Positions 41,521-51,259 of a stretch of DNA of 64,000 nucleotides are shown here, in pieces. The stretch lies in NCBI GenBank assembly GCA_963796725.1, contig CAWCMT010000001.1, forward strand, positions 756,437-820,436, in the 5' to 3' direction. Within the stretch, counting starts at the first letter, position 1. Each line of letters opens with the position of its first letter. Origin of the DNA: an uncultured Actinomycetes bacterium. GTDB taxonomy: Bacteria > Actinomycetota > UBA4738 > HRBIN12. The notes beneath the pieces were generated by a model. The model was not told where the DNA came from, ran no database searches, and saw nothing but the letters and a program-made list of their open reading frames with translations. The position numbers were made by a program, and so were the translations under genes.

Positions 41521-43076
41521 CGCGGGGCGAGCGTCGGAGCCTCCGCCTCGTTGGCGACCACCAGCAGCGGGGTGCCGAAGATGCGCCGGAAGCGGTCGGC
41601 GATCCCCCGTGGGTGCCACCCGGCCGGCACCGGTGCAACGACCTCGAACCCCGCGCGGAGCCAGTTGCAGGACAGCGGCGCGGACCGACCCGGCGGGATG
41701 CGCCGATTCAACTCATCGGCCAGCGTGAGGACCGCGGCCGCCTTCAGGACGGCCTGGCGGTCGGCCGGTTCGATCATCCTGCCGAAAGGACCGAGCCGCG
41801 TGTCGTCGTCGGCCTGCAGCAGGATCGCCGTGAGCGCACCGAGGTCGGCGTGGGCGAACCCTGCCAGGTCGGCGGCGGTCACGATCATCGCCGCGTGTTC
41901 GTAGCGAGCGTAGTAGTCGATCGCGCGCCCCACATCGAGCAGCGTGGAGGCGTGCTGCAGCATCTCTCGGACGGCGGACGGAGCCTCCGGATCGAGCACC
42001 TCGTGCAGGTGCGTGGCGATCGTGGCCCGGCGATCGGCGGCCGACGCGTTCCATGTGGCGAAACGCGCCGCCAGCGTGTTGACGGAGATCGTGCGGACCC
42101 AGCCGGGATCGGGAACGCTCCCGCCCTCGTTGCCAAGGGCCAGCCCCTCACGCAGTCCCCGGCTGGAGACCACGAGCTTGGAGGCCCCGACATGCCGCAT
42201 CACGCCGTGCACCACGAGCGCGCCGCCGACGATGGTGTCGGCTCGGTCCGGGTTGAGCCCGCGCACCCGTGCGCGCCGCTTCATCGTCCGGACCGCGATG
42301 TCGTCGATCAGCGAGGCGAGCCGGTCCTCCTTCAGGAAGTACCCGTGGAGCAGCGGCAATGGGTACTCGGCGGCCTTGAGATCGGCTTTGGCCAGGTTGC
42401 GGACCGTGCCGCCGATCCCCACGAGCGCCCCGTCGCGTTCGAGCTCGTCGATCTCGGCGTCCTGGAGCGCCGCCTTCACGAAGCGGCGGAGCGCACCTAG
42501 CTCCTTGTCGGTCGGTGGGTCGGTGGTGAGGAACCGGTCGCTCATGCGGAGCGACCCCAGCTGCATCGACCACGACCGTTCGATCCTCCGGCCCCGGAAC
42601 CGCACCAGTTCCACGCTCCCTCCGCCGACGTCCATGGTGAGGCCGTGCTCCACCGGGAGGTCGTGGACGGCTCCGAGGAAGCCGAGCCGGGCCTCGTGGT
42701 CCCCGTCGATCGTCTGCAGCGGCACGCCGAGACGGTGGGCCCGCTCCATCAACACGTGGCCGTCGGCCGCGTCGCGCACCGCGGATGTCGCGACCGCGAT
42801 CATGCGTGTGGCGCCGGCTCCTTTCGCCACCGCGAGGAAGTCGCGGAGCGCCTCGACGGTTCGCTCGATGGCCTCGGCACCCAGCTCGTCGCCATGCTTG
42901 AGGTGGCGGGCCAACCGCAGTGGGGCGCGCGCGTCCTCGATCACGTCGAGGTGCTCCCCCGCGCGGAGCCTGAAGACGATCATCCGGCCCGAGTTCGAGC
43001 CGATGTCCACGACCGCGAAAGGGCGATCGTCCGGGGCGAGGTTCGGCGCGGCGCGCATCCACCTGGATGCTCCCAC
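41406..43076 (-). CDS. ppx: Ppx/GppA-family exopolyphosphatase/pppGpp phosphohydrolase with C-terminal HD-like domain
   Basis: 556-aa ORF. FAVVDIGSNSGRMIVF, VATSAVRDA, MDVGGGSVEL, GIGGTVRNLA. The start may be the M at 43058. The last ~35 aa (Ser/Pro/Arg-rich) overlap the ceramidase-like gene and may be read-through. Confidence 0.85.
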   Translation of the reverse strand: MGASRWMRAAPNLAPDDRPFAVVDIGSNSGRMIVFRLRAGEHLDVIEDARAPLRLARHLKHGDELGAEAIERTVEALRDFLAVAKGAGATRMIAVATSAVRDAADGHVLMERAHRLGVPLQTIDGDHEARLGFLGAVHDLPVEHGLTMDVGGGSVELVRFRGRRIERSWSMQLGSLRMSDRFLTTDPPTDKELGALRRFVKAALQDAEIDELERDGALVGIGGTVRNLAKADLKAAEYPLPLLHGYFLKEDRLASLIDDIAVRTMKRRARVRGLNPDRADTIVGGALVVHGVMRHVGASKLVVSSRGLREGLALGNEGGSVPDPGWVRTISVNTLAARFATWNASAADRRATIATHLHEVLDPEAPSAVREMLQHASTLLDVGRAIDYYARYEHAAMIVTAADLAGFAHADLGALTAILLQADDDTRLGPFGRMIEPADRQAVLKAAAVLTLADELNRRIPPGRSAPLSCNWLRAGFEVVAPVPAGWHPRGIADRFRRIFGTPLLVVANEAEAPTLAPRRRPARTSPAGTSGPPTSASKARSSRRPARGPTLMLSS

Positions 43077-43190
43077 ACGACGGTGTTCCGCGCGTGAACT
43101 CGGTTCGGCTCGACGCGACGCCCGACTTGCTTCAGGCTCTCGACCGGGCGCCCAGCACTCGGTGGTTCACGGGCGCCTCGAGGACCTCTG

Positions 43191-44445
43191 ATGACACGAC
43201 CGACCACGACATCCGTGTACCTGACCTACATGGCCGCCGACGGCTTCCTCTTCCGTCTGATGGCGACGATCTACAGCGCGTTCCTGATCATCCGGCTCGG
43301 CCTCGACCCGTTCCAACTGCTGCTGCTGGGCACCGTGCTCGAGGCCACCTACCTGATCTTCGAGATCCCCACCGGGGTGGTGGCGGACTCCGTGAGCCGT
43401 CGGCTTTCGGTCGTCATCGGGTTGATCGGGGTTGGGGTCGCCTTCGTCGTGCTGGCCGCGGCAGGGTCGTTCGCGGTCGTCGTCCTCTCGCAGTTCCTCT
43501 ACGGCGTCTTCGCCACCTTCACGAGTGGGGCGGACGTCGCCTGGCTCACGGACGAGATCGGGGAGGCGCATGCGCGGCCGCTGTACCTACGCAGCGGTCA
43601 GCTCTGGAACGCCGGCGCGATGGCCGGCATCGTGACGAGCGTGGTACTGGCGTCGATCGATCTCCGTCTCCCGATCATGGCGTCGGGTGTCGGGCTGATG
43701 GGGCTGGGCGTCGCGATGGCCGTTTCGATGCGCGAAGAGGGCTTCTCGCCCGGCAGAGCGTGACGGTGGACTCGGCAGGTCGTTCGTCGACACCCTGAAG
43801 CGCGGGGCGAGGGAGGTGCGCGCGCACCATGTGCTGCTGCTGATCCTCGCGACCGCCGCGCTGCACGGGGCATCGACGGAGGGGTTCGATCGCCTCGCCG
43901 ATTTCCACCTTCTGCGGGATATCGGACTGCCGCCCCTGGGCAACCTCGACCGCATCGTCTGGTTCGGCATCATGGATGGAGTCGCGCTGCTGCTCGGCAT
44001 CGGGCTGCTCGGATGGCTCAAGCGGCGAGCGCATCTGGAGGGCCACGCGGCGGTGGCCCGGATCCTCGCCGGCGTGGACGTCTTCCTGATCCTGGCCGTG
44101 GTGGCGTTCGGCCTCCTGGGGTCGTTCTGGCCGGCGCTGATCGCCTTCTGGATCGTCGGGGCTTTGCGGAGCGTCCGCGAGCCGGTCTTCACCGCCTGGC
44201 TGAACCAGGGTTTGGACCCCGCGACGCGCGCGACCATGAACTCGCTCGGCGGTCAGGCGGATGCGTTGGGGCAGGCCGCCGGCGGTCCGCCGCTGGGCGT
44301 GGTCGCCACGCGGGTCTCGGTCCCGGGAGCGCTGGTGGTGTCGGGCCTCCTGCGCGCCCCCGCGCTGCTGCTCTACGTCGCGGGCGATCCGGCGCGGCTC
44401 GGTGGGCACGCTGGCGCCGGACGAGGTGGCGCGCCCACCTGGTGA
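43191..44445 (+). pseudogene. MFS transporter, about 2 frameshifts
   Basis: N-terminal half in ORF 43191-43763 (EIPTGVVADSVSRRLSVVIGL, MFS loop 2-3 motif). A short linker lies in the frame of ORF 43067 (ARQSVTVDSAGRS). The C-terminal half lies in ORF 43816-44445 (FVDTLKRGAREVRAHHVLLLIL...). Junctions are at about 43750-43760 and 43785-43800. Confidence 0.7.
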
Positions 44446-44462
44446 TCGAGGAGTAGCGTCGG

Positions 44463-44795
44463 CTACGGGGCCGGTGGGACGTCCACGACGGGCCCGCGTG
44501 TCTCCGACTCCTGCGAGCGCTCCCAATCGCGGATGGCCTCGGCGAGCTTGATGATCAGGGCGGTGCCGCCGAAGACCTCGACCGCGCGACCGTAAGGGGA
44601 GTTCCGCAGCCCAGGGATGCGCATGACGAGCGGAACGGAGAAGATCAGCCCGGTCGCGGCCATCGCGCGCAGGCGGCGGCCCGCGGGCGATCCCAGGAAC
44701 TCGAGGAACTCGTCCAGGGTCATCTCGGCGCGATCGGCGAGCTCCCGGAACCGTGCCATGTCGAAGCGTCGCTGTGGGGTGGCCGGCCTGCTCAT
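44463..44795 (-). CDS. Small hypothetical protein (110 aa), 9-nt gap downstream of the Pat-like gene
   Basis: MSRPATPQRRFDMARFRELADRAEMTLDEFLEFLGSPAGRRL...GLIFSVPLVMRIPGL...ALIIKLAEAIRDWERSQE. Protein-like composition, one hydrophobic stretch. No family recognised. Confidence 0.55.
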   Translation of the reverse strand: MSRPATPQRRFDMARFRELADRAEMTLDEFLEFLGSPAGRRLRAMAATGLIFSVPLVMRIPGLRNSPYGRAVEVFGGTALIIKLAEAIRDWERSQESETRGPVVDVPPAP

Positions 44796-44804
44796 GCCAC
44801 GATG

Positions 44805-47519
44805 CTAGCGCCCCGATCCGTGAGCGACGAACCTCGGCTCCGGATGTGGGGGGCGCACGTGTACGCGCGCGTCGATGACCGCGGCACCACGGTCGAACAC
44901 GCCGACGGGGTTGCAGTCCATCTCGACGATGGCCGGGTGTGTGGAGGCGAGGCCGGCGATCCGCAGCACGACGTCCTCGAGCGCATGGACGTCCTTCCGC
45001 GTGGCCCCTCGGAACCCGTCCAGCAGCGGGTACGTGGCCAGCGAGCGGATCATCCTGCCCGCGTCCAGATCGGTGAGGGGCGCCACTCCGACGGCCACAT
45101 CCCGCGTGAGCTCCACCGTCACCCCGCCCGCACCGACCGCGATCACCGGTCCGAACACCGGGTCAGCCGCCGAGCCCACGAGCATCTCCACCCCACCGTG
45201 GAGGTGTTCCTGGAGGAGGAAGCCCTCGAACGGCTCCCCGGCGTCGTTCAGTCGCGCCGCCATCGCCGCGGCCTCGCGTTCGACCTCGATGGGCTGCAGC
45301 CCCAGGCGGACAGCGTCGGCATCCGTCTTGTGGAGGGGGCCGAGCGCCTTGAGCACCACCTGACCGCTGAACCCGCCGGCGGCCTCACCGGCGGCCTCCG
45401 CCGTGGGCGCGAGCGCCTGCCGCGCCATCGGGATCCCGAAGCAATCGAACAGCCGCTCGATCTCATCCGGCAGCATCCAACCATCGCCGCGCTGCAGGGC
45501 CTCGGCGATCACCGCCGTCGCCTCGTCCTCACGGATCCCGGGGAACGCGGGTACCTCCCCCTCGGGGCGGGTCCGCCATGCTCCGAGCTCCGTGGCGTGG
45601 GCGAGGGCGATCGCCGCCTGCTCCGGGAAGGGATAGGAGGGGATCCGGACGTCGGCGGCCGAGAGCGCGTCGGGCAGCCCACGCGCCGACATGAAGCTCG
45701 TGAGGACGGGGATCCGTCCATCGAGCGAACCGATCGCCTCGACCATGTGCCGAGCGATCTCGGGCGCTGCGTCTTCCAGGGGCGGGATGTAGATGACGAT
45801 CATCGCGTCGATGCCCGGATCGTCGGCCACCGTCCGGATCGCCCGTCCGTAATCCTCGCCACCGGCCGAGGCGATCATGTCGACGGGATTCCCCACACCC
45901 GCGGCCGGCGGCAGGAACGAGCGCAGGGCATCGACGGTGACGGACGACAGCTCGGGCACGTGGAGGCCCTTCGCCTCGCACATGTCGGCACACTGGATCC
46001 CAAGCCCGCCGGCGTTCGTCACGATGGCCACGTTCGTCCCCTTGGGTACCGGCTGATGCACCAGGAGCGTGGCGACGTCGAACATCTCTTCCAGCGTGTC
46101 CGTGCGGATCACGCCGAACTGCTTGAACAGCGCGTCGACGGTGCGATCCGACGCTGCGATCAAGGCTCCGGTGTGGGAGGAGGCGGCGCGCGCCCCCGCG
46201 GCGCTCCGTCCGCTCTTGACGGCGACGATCGGCTTGCGTCGACCGATCCGGCGGGCGAGCTGTCCGAACCGCTGGGGGTTCCCGAATGACTCGAGATAGA
46301 GCAGGATAACGTCGGTGTTCGGGTCCTCGTCCCAGTACGAGAGCAGGTCGTTGCCCGAGATGTCGGCCTTGTTCCCCACCGAGACGAACGATGAGAGTCC
46401 GGCGCCGAGCGCCGTGGCCATGTTGATCACGGCGATGCCCAACGCGCCAGATTGGGACATGAAGGCCATGCGCCCCGACGGGGGAGAGGCCTGGGCGAAG
46501 GTCGCGTTCATCATCACCTCGGGAGCGGTGTTGATCACGCCCATGCAGTTCGGGCCGATCAGGCGCATCCCCGACGAGCGGCACACGTCGACGAGCTGGC
46601 GCTGACGCTCCCGTCCCGTCTCGTCCGTCTCTCCGAACCCCGCCGAGATGACCACGACGGCCTTGACGCCGACGGCCGCGCACGCACGCGCGGACTCGAC
46701 GACGACCGCGGCCGGCACCACGATCACCGCGAGGTCCACCGAGCCTGGGACCGCCTCGATCGACGGGTAGGCCGGGATGCCTTGGACGTGGGGCGCCGAG
46801 GGGTTCACCGGGTAGACCACCCCGGCGAAGGGCGCGCCCATGAGGTTACGGAGGAGGCGTCCACCGATCGACGCGGGATCGCGAGAGGCCCCGATCACCG
46901 CGATGGCGGACGGCTCCAGGAACCTGCGCACCGCGTTCGCGGCGGCGATGCGTTCGCGGTCCTCGTAGCGCTCCACGGTGTCATCGGTGATCTCCGTCGG
47001 GAACTCGACCTCCACCACCCCCGGCTTAGCCCGGATCGAAACGGAGAACCCGGTACGCCGGAAGACGTCGATCATCGTGTGGTTCTCCGGCAGCACCTCG
47101 GCGAAGAAGTAGCGGATCCCGGCATCGGCGGCGGCCTGGGCCAGGTGGGCGATGAGGAGCGACGCGAGACCCCGTCCCTGGAAATGGTCCGCCGTGCTCA
47201 TGGCGATCTCGGCGCGCGCCGAGCCTGGGTCGCGGATGTACTGTGCCCCTCCGACGATCCGCTGGGTATCCGTTCCCTCGACGGCCACCAGGGTCAGGTG
47301 ATCGACGTAGTCGATGTCGACGGCGCGCAGCGCCTGTTCTCCGACGTCGACCGAGGCCCCCCAGAACCGGAGACGTCGGCTCTCGTCGGACAACGCGATG
47401 AAGTAGTCCTCGAGCGGTTCCAGATCCCCCGGGACGGCCGGGCGGATGTGCACCGTGCTGCCGTCCCGCAACGCGAGATCGGTTTCGCGATGCACTGGGT
47501 ATCCCGGGGGTCGTTCCAC
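44805..47519 (-). CDS. Pat-like bifunctional protein: N-terminal GNAT acetyltransferase + NDP-forming acyl-CoA synthetase (CoA-binding, succinyl-CoA-ligase-like, ATP-grasp) domains
   Basis: ORF 44805-47678, but its first 53 codons overlap the tRNA-Sec gene. The likely start is the GTG at 47519 (VERPPGYPVHRETDLALRDGSTVHIRP) or the GTG at 47543. GNAT: ADHFQGRGLASLLIAHL. CoA binding: IAVIGASRDPASIGG...GVVYPVNP. Also NCMGVIN and an ATP-grasp C-terminus. Confidence 0.85.
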   Translation of the reverse strand: MERPPGYPVHRETDLALRDGSTVHIRPAVPGDLEPLEDYFIALSDESRRLRFWGASVDVGEQALRAVDIDYVDHLTLVAVEGTDTQRIVGGAQYIRDPGSARAEIAMSTADHFQGRGLASLLIAHLAQAAADAGIRYFFAEVLPENHTMIDVFRRTGFSVSIRAKPGVVEVEFPTEITDDTVERYEDRERIAAANAVRRFLEPSAIAVIGASRDPASIGGRLLRNLMGAPFAGVVYPVNPSAPHVQGIPAYPSIEAVPGSVDLAVIVVPAAVVVESARACAAVGVKAVVVISAGFGETDETGRERQRQLVDVCRSSGMRLIGPNCMGVINTAPEVMMNATFAQASPPSGRMAFMSQSGALGIAVINMATALGAGLSSFVSVGNKADISGNDLLSYWDEDPNTDVILLYLESFGNPQRFGQLARRIGRRKPIVAVKSGRSAAGARAASSHTGALIAASDRTVDALFKQFGVIRTDTLEEMFDVATLLVHQPVPKGTNVAIVTNAGGLGIQCADMCEAKGLHVPELSSVTVDALRSFLPPAAGVGNPVDMIASAGGEDYGRAIRTVADDPGIDAMIVIYIPPLEDAAPEIARHMVEAIGSLDGRIPVLTSFMSARGLPDALSAADVRIPSYPFPEQAAIALAHATELGAWRTRPEGEVPAFPGIREDEATAVIAEALQRGDGWMLPDEIERLFDCFGIPMARQALAPTAEAAGEAAGGFSGQVVLKALGPLHKTDADAVRLGLQPIEVEREAAAMAARLNDAGEPFEGFLLQEHLHGGVEMLVGSAADPVFGPVIAVGAGGVTVELTRDVAVGVAPLTDLDAGRMIRSLATYPLLDGFRGATRKDVHALEDVVLRIAGLASTHPAIVEMDCNPVGVFDRGAAVIDARVHVRPPHPEPRFVAHGSGR

Positions 47520-47574
47520 GGACGCATCGTATCCACGGCGCACGCGAACGCGCGGGCCCTTCGGCCCCTCACGG

Positions 47575-47666
47575 CGGAGGCGGACGGGAATCGAACCCGC
47601 CTGGGAGCTCGCGCCCCCACTACGGTGTTGAAGACCGCGGGGCCCACCAGGAACCCTGACGCCTCC
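47575..47666 (-). tRNA. selC: tRNA-Sec (anticodon UCA), selC-like
   Basis: Minus-strand sequence: GGAGGCGU-CA-GGGUUC-CUGGU-GGGCCC-C-GCGGU-CUUCAAC-ACCGU-AGUGGGGGCGCGAGCUCCCAG-GCGGG-UUCGAUU-CCCGU-CCGCCUCC-G. It has a 6-bp D stem, the anticodon loop CU-UCA-AC, a long variable arm (7-bp stem) and a 5-bp T stem opening with a G.U pair, as in E. coli selC. The T loop is UUCGAUU and the discriminator is G. The acceptor stem is 7 bp plus a U:C mismatch at the eighth position. The 3' flank is CCG, so CCA is not fully encoded. Confidence 0.8.
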
Positions 47667-47716
47667 GTCAGCGAGCATACGGCGGGTGCCTCCGGCCCGG
47701 ACGGCCGGGATGATCC

Positions 47717-48295
47717 CTAGACCTGGTCGTAGCGGAAGCAGCGCGTCTCGTGATCGTTCACCATGCCGGTCGCCTGCATGAACGCGTAGCAGACCGTGGG
47801 GCCGACGAAGCGGAACCCCAGGCGCTTCAGATCCCTGCTCATGGCGTGGGATTCCGGTGTTTCGGAGGGGATGTCGTCGATGCTGCGGCGACGGTTGCGG
47901 ATCGGGGTTCCGCCCACGAAGGTCCAGACGTAGGAGTCGAGCGAGCCGAACGCCTCGCGGACCGCAAGGACGGCACGCGCGTTGTCCACGGCCGAGGTCA
48001 CCTTCAGTCGGTTCCGCACGATGGCGGGGTCGAGGAGGAGCCGTTCCACGCGCTTCGTTGAGAATCGCGCCACACGCTCGGCGTCGAAGTCGGCGAAGGC
48101 GCGACGGTAGCCCTCACGCTTGTGCAGGATCGTCTGCCACGAGAGACCTGCCTGCGCTCCCTCCAGCACGAGCATCTCGAACAGATGCCGCTCGTCGTGG
48201 GAGGGCACCCCCCACTCCACGTCGTGGTAGGTGAGCATCGGTCCCTCTGGCGCTCCAGCGATCCACCCACATCGACGAGGCCCCCGTTCAGGCAT
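47717..48295 (-). CDS. tag: DNA-3-methyladenine glycosylase I
   Basis: 192 aa. RRCGW...YHDVEWGVP...FEMLVLEGAQAGLSWQTIL...FVGPTVCYAFMQATGMVNDH. Confidence 0.9.
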   Translation of the reverse strand: MPERGPRRCGWIAGAPEGPMLTYHDVEWGVPSHDERHLFEMLVLEGAQAGLSWQTILHKREGYRRAFADFDAERVARFSTKRVERLLLDPAIVRNRLKVTSAVDNARAVLAVREAFGSLDSYVWTFVGGTPIRNRRRSIDDIPSETPESHAMSRDLKRLGFRFVGPTVCYAFMQATGMVNDHETRCFRYDQV

Positions 48296-48375
48296 GCACG
48301 TGACGATACGACGGGGTGTGGCACCCGTGGGCGGTAGACTCGCTAGTCCATATCAGACTAGCTGAGGAGGAGCAG

Positions 48376-48945
48376 ATGGCCGTGTCCCGTGTCGAGGTCG
48401 TGGTGCTGGGGTGTCTCGCCGAAGAGCCCCGCTACGGCTATGAGCTGCTGGACCGGATGCGGGCACGGAGCATGAGTTTCTGGGCCGAGGTTGGGAAGGC
48501 CTCGGTCTATCAGGCCCTCGCACGTCTCGAGACCCGCGGTCTGATAGCGGGCCGCGCACAGGAGGGCAGCGACGGACCCGACCGACGCGTCTACCGCATC
48601 ACGAAGGCTGGAGGCGATCGCCTGCGCGAGGGACTCGATGAGCTGTTCGGAGCCTTGGCTCCCTACGAGACCGACGGTGGACTCGCGCTGGGCTTCGTCC
48701 ATCTGCTCCCGGCCGCGGAGGCTCGCCGCGCCGTGGACGCTCGAGCCACGGCCATCCGGGATCTGCTCGACGCGGTGACCACCGAGCGGGACAGGACGGC
48801 CGGGGAGAAGGGGATCGGGCGCGCGATCGCGACGGCGATGCTGGACCGTCAGGAGGCCCTGGCGAAGGCGGAGTTGACATGGCTCGGGGCGTTCCGTTCG
48901 TCGCTCGGGAAGTCGCGGCATCGAGCGTCTGCGGCTGAACCTTAA
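48376..48945 (+). CDS. PadR-family transcriptional regulator
   Basis: Internal ATG preceded by GAGGAGG. VLGCLAEEPRYGYELLDRM...SVYQALARLETRGLI...RRVYRITKAGGDRL. C-terminal helical domain. Confidence 0.85.
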   Translation: MAVSRVEVVVLGCLAEEPRYGYELLDRMRARSMSFWAEVGKASVYQALARLETRGLIAGRAQEGSDGPDRRVYRITKAGGDRLREGLDELFGALAPYETDGGLALGFVHLLPAAEARRAVDARATAIRDLLDAVTTERDRTAGEKGIGRAIATAMLDRQEALAKAELTWLGAFRSSLGKSRHRASAAEP

Positions 48946-49008
48946 CCTGGCACGAACAGACGGTGACGCTCCCGGCTTGTGTGGGCGCTCGACCGTAGGA
49001 TGAGAACG

Positions 49009-49815
49009 ATGGAAGCCGCGTTCTTCGACCTCGACAAGACGATCATCTCGCGCTCGTCGTCCCTGGCGCTTTCCCGGCCTCTGTACCGGGCGGGCATGGT
49101 CTCGCGTTCGCAGCTCCTGCGCGGCGCGTACGCGCAGGTGGTCTACCTGCTCGTCGGCGCCGACGAGGACAAGATGGAGCGGCTCAAGGAGGGGATGCTC
49201 AGCCTCACGAGGGGCTGGGACCGTGGCCAGATCGAGCAGCTGGTGCGGGAGGTCATCTTCGACGTGATCGATCCCTACGTGTATCAGGAGGCGCTCGACC
49301 TCATGGCGCTGCATCGCAGCGAGGGGCGTCGGATCTACATCGTGTCGTCCTCGCCCGAAGAGGTCGTGCGTCCCCTCGCGCGCCATTTCGGCGTGAGCGG
49401 GGTGATCGCCACCCGAGCCCAGGTCGACGAGGAGGGCCGCTACACGGGGGAGCTGGCTTTCTACGCGTATGGGCAGCAGAAGGCGGAGGCCATCCGCGAG
49501 CTCGCCGAGCGGGTCGGGATCGACCTGGAGCGGTCGTACGCATACAGCGACTCGGTCACCGACCTGCCGATGCTGAAGGCCGTCGGCCACCCCGTGGCGG
49601 TCAACCCGGACAAGGAGCTTCGGCGCGAAGCCGACACGAGGGGTTGGCAGGTCCGGGACTTCCGTCGTCCCGTTCGACTGCGCACGAGGATCGCGCAGAA
49701 CGTGCCCGCCCCCAAGGCCACCATCCCGGCGGTCGCGGTCGGCGTCGCGGCCGTCGCCGCGTTGCTCGTCTGGGTCGTCCTGCGTTCGCGTCTCGGTGAC
49801 GGTGAACGCGGCTAG
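49009..49815 (+). CDS. HAD-IB family hydrolase (SerB-like phosphatase) with C-terminal TM helix
   Basis: MEAAFFDLDKTII (DxDxT motif), IYIVSSSPEE, YSDSVTDLPML. C-terminal IPAVAVGVAAVAALLVWVVL. Confidence 0.8.
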   Translation: MEAAFFDLDKTIISRSSSLALSRPLYRAGMVSRSQLLRGAYAQVVYLLVGADEDKMERLKEGMLSLTRGWDRGQIEQLVREVIFDVIDPYVYQEALDLMALHRSEGRRIYIVSSSPEEVVRPLARHFGVSGVIATRAQVDEEGRYTGELAFYAYGQQKAEAIRELAERVGIDLERSYAYSDSVTDLPMLKAVGHPVAVNPDKELRREADTRGWQVRDFRRPVRLRTRIAQNVPAPKATIPAVAVGVAAVAALLVWVVLRSRLGDGERG

Positions 49816-49852
49816 CTCGGTCGAGTGATCGGAGCACGCATCCGGACTCAGG

Positions 49853-51142
49853 TCACGCCGGAACCTGGCCCCGGCCGCCCGTGGTACGCGCCAACCGACC
49901 CGCCAGCCACTGCGCGGTCGAGGCACCCATGGCCGCTGGGCTGGGCTCCGCCCCATCTGCCAATCCATTCATGTAGAGGGACCAGCTGCCGGCCACGATC
50001 CGCCTGACCCCGGGGTACGTGAGGAGCCGTGCGGTCAGCGACGTGAGGCTGGGACGCCGAAGCATCGCCTCGTGCACGGCCGTCGCCCCTGCCATGAAGC
50101 CACCGAGGTGTCCTTGGAGCGCGGCCGCATAGGTCTCGCCGACCCGGATCGCCGGACCCCCCGACGTCTCCGACAGGATGGCCTCGGCCGCCAGCCGGCC
50201 GCTCGTCATCGCCTCCGCGATCCCCTCGCCCTGCAGCGGATTCACGAGACCGGCCGCGTCGCCGACTAGCAACACGTTGGTGTCCGCCACCCGCGAGCCG
50301 GCCCGGCCCATCCGGAGCCATCCGCCGGTCAGGGGTCCGAACGACGAGCCGGGCGGAAGATCTCCGGTTGTCCGCAGGCGATCGCGCAGGCCCGCGAGCT
50401 CCTCGCGCAGCCCGACCGGCGGTCGTTGTCGCCGTGGCAGCGCCAGGCCGATCCCGATGTTGGCACGCCCGGACGCGCCGGGGAAGAGCCATCCGTACCC
50501 CGGGAAGATCCGCCCGGGCTGCTCGTCCAGCAGAGCGAGCAGGGGAACCGGCACGTGGGCATCGAGATACCCCCTGATCGCGAAGCCCCAGAGCGCAGCC
50601 TCGGGATCGAGCAGGCCCGTGAGATGTGCGATCGGGCTCAAGGCACCGTCAGCACCGATCACGAAGCGCCCGCCGAGGCCCCCACCATCGTGCGCGAGGA
50701 CTCGCGCGATCCCCCCGTCCCCGGTGCGCTCCACGTCGACGATCCGCGCGGCCACCGGCGTTGCGCCTGCCGAGATCGCTTCCGTCCGGAGAGCATCGTC
50801 GAAGCTCCGCCTCGGCACGATGATCCCGTGATCGGCATAGGTCCGTCCCGCGTGCGCGGGCAGACGCGCCCGCCTACCCGTCGGCCCGACGACGACCAGG
50901 TCGCTGCCCCGCCCGGCCTCCGGGACACGGATGCCGAGCCGCTGAAGCTCCCGCACGCCGCGAGGGCCGATCAGGTCGCCGCACGCTTTGTCTCGGGGGA
51001 ACGCGGACCTGTCGACGAGGGCCACCCGAGCGCCGGCGCGGGCCAGCACGAGCGCCGCGACGCTCCCCGCAGGCCCGGCGCCCACGACGACAGCGTCCCA
51101 GGCGTTCCCGGGCCGCCCGCTATCTGCGCGCAGCGCCTGCAT
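49853..51142 (-). CDS. Geranylgeranyl reductase-family FAD-dependent oxidoreductase
   Basis: 429 aa. WDAVVVGAGPAGSVAALVLARAGARVALVDR (FAD Rossmann), DKACGDLI, LLVGDAAGLVNPLQGEGI. Confidence 0.8.
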   Translation of the reverse strand: MQALRADSGRPGNAWDAVVVGAGPAGSVAALVLARAGARVALVDRSAFPRDKACGDLIGPRGVRELQRLGIRVPEAGRGSDLVVVGPTGRRARLPAHAGRTYADHGIIVPRRSFDDALRTEAISAGATPVAARIVDVERTGDGGIARVLAHDGGGLGGRFVIGADGALSPIAHLTGLLDPEAALWGFAIRGYLDAHVPVPLLALLDEQPGRIFPGYGWLFPGASGRANIGIGLALPRRQRPPVGLREELAGLRDRLRTTGDLPPGSSFGPLTGGWLRMGRAGSRVADTNVLLVGDAAGLVNPLQGEGIAEAMTSGRLAAEAILSETSGGPAIRVGETYAAALQGHLGGFMAGATAVHEAMLRRPSLTSLTARLLTYPGVRRIVAGSWSLYMNGLADGAEPSPAAMGASTAQWLAGRLARTTGGRGQVPA

Positions 51143-51259
51143 ACCGACGGGTTGTCGCCATCACGTGCCCGAGCCTACGCGGCGGTACGGACCGCGGCCA
51201 TCGGGTTGCGGCCGCTCGGCCGACGGGTGTACGTTCGAGGTGGTCGCCGAGAGGTGACC

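Noticed and set aside
47520-47678. N-terminal 53 codons of the 957-aa Pat-like ORF
   Set aside because: This stretch overlaps the tRNA-Sec gene and translates to Gly/Arg/Pro-rich sequence. The conserved GNAT domain begins just after the GTG codons at 47543 and 47519.
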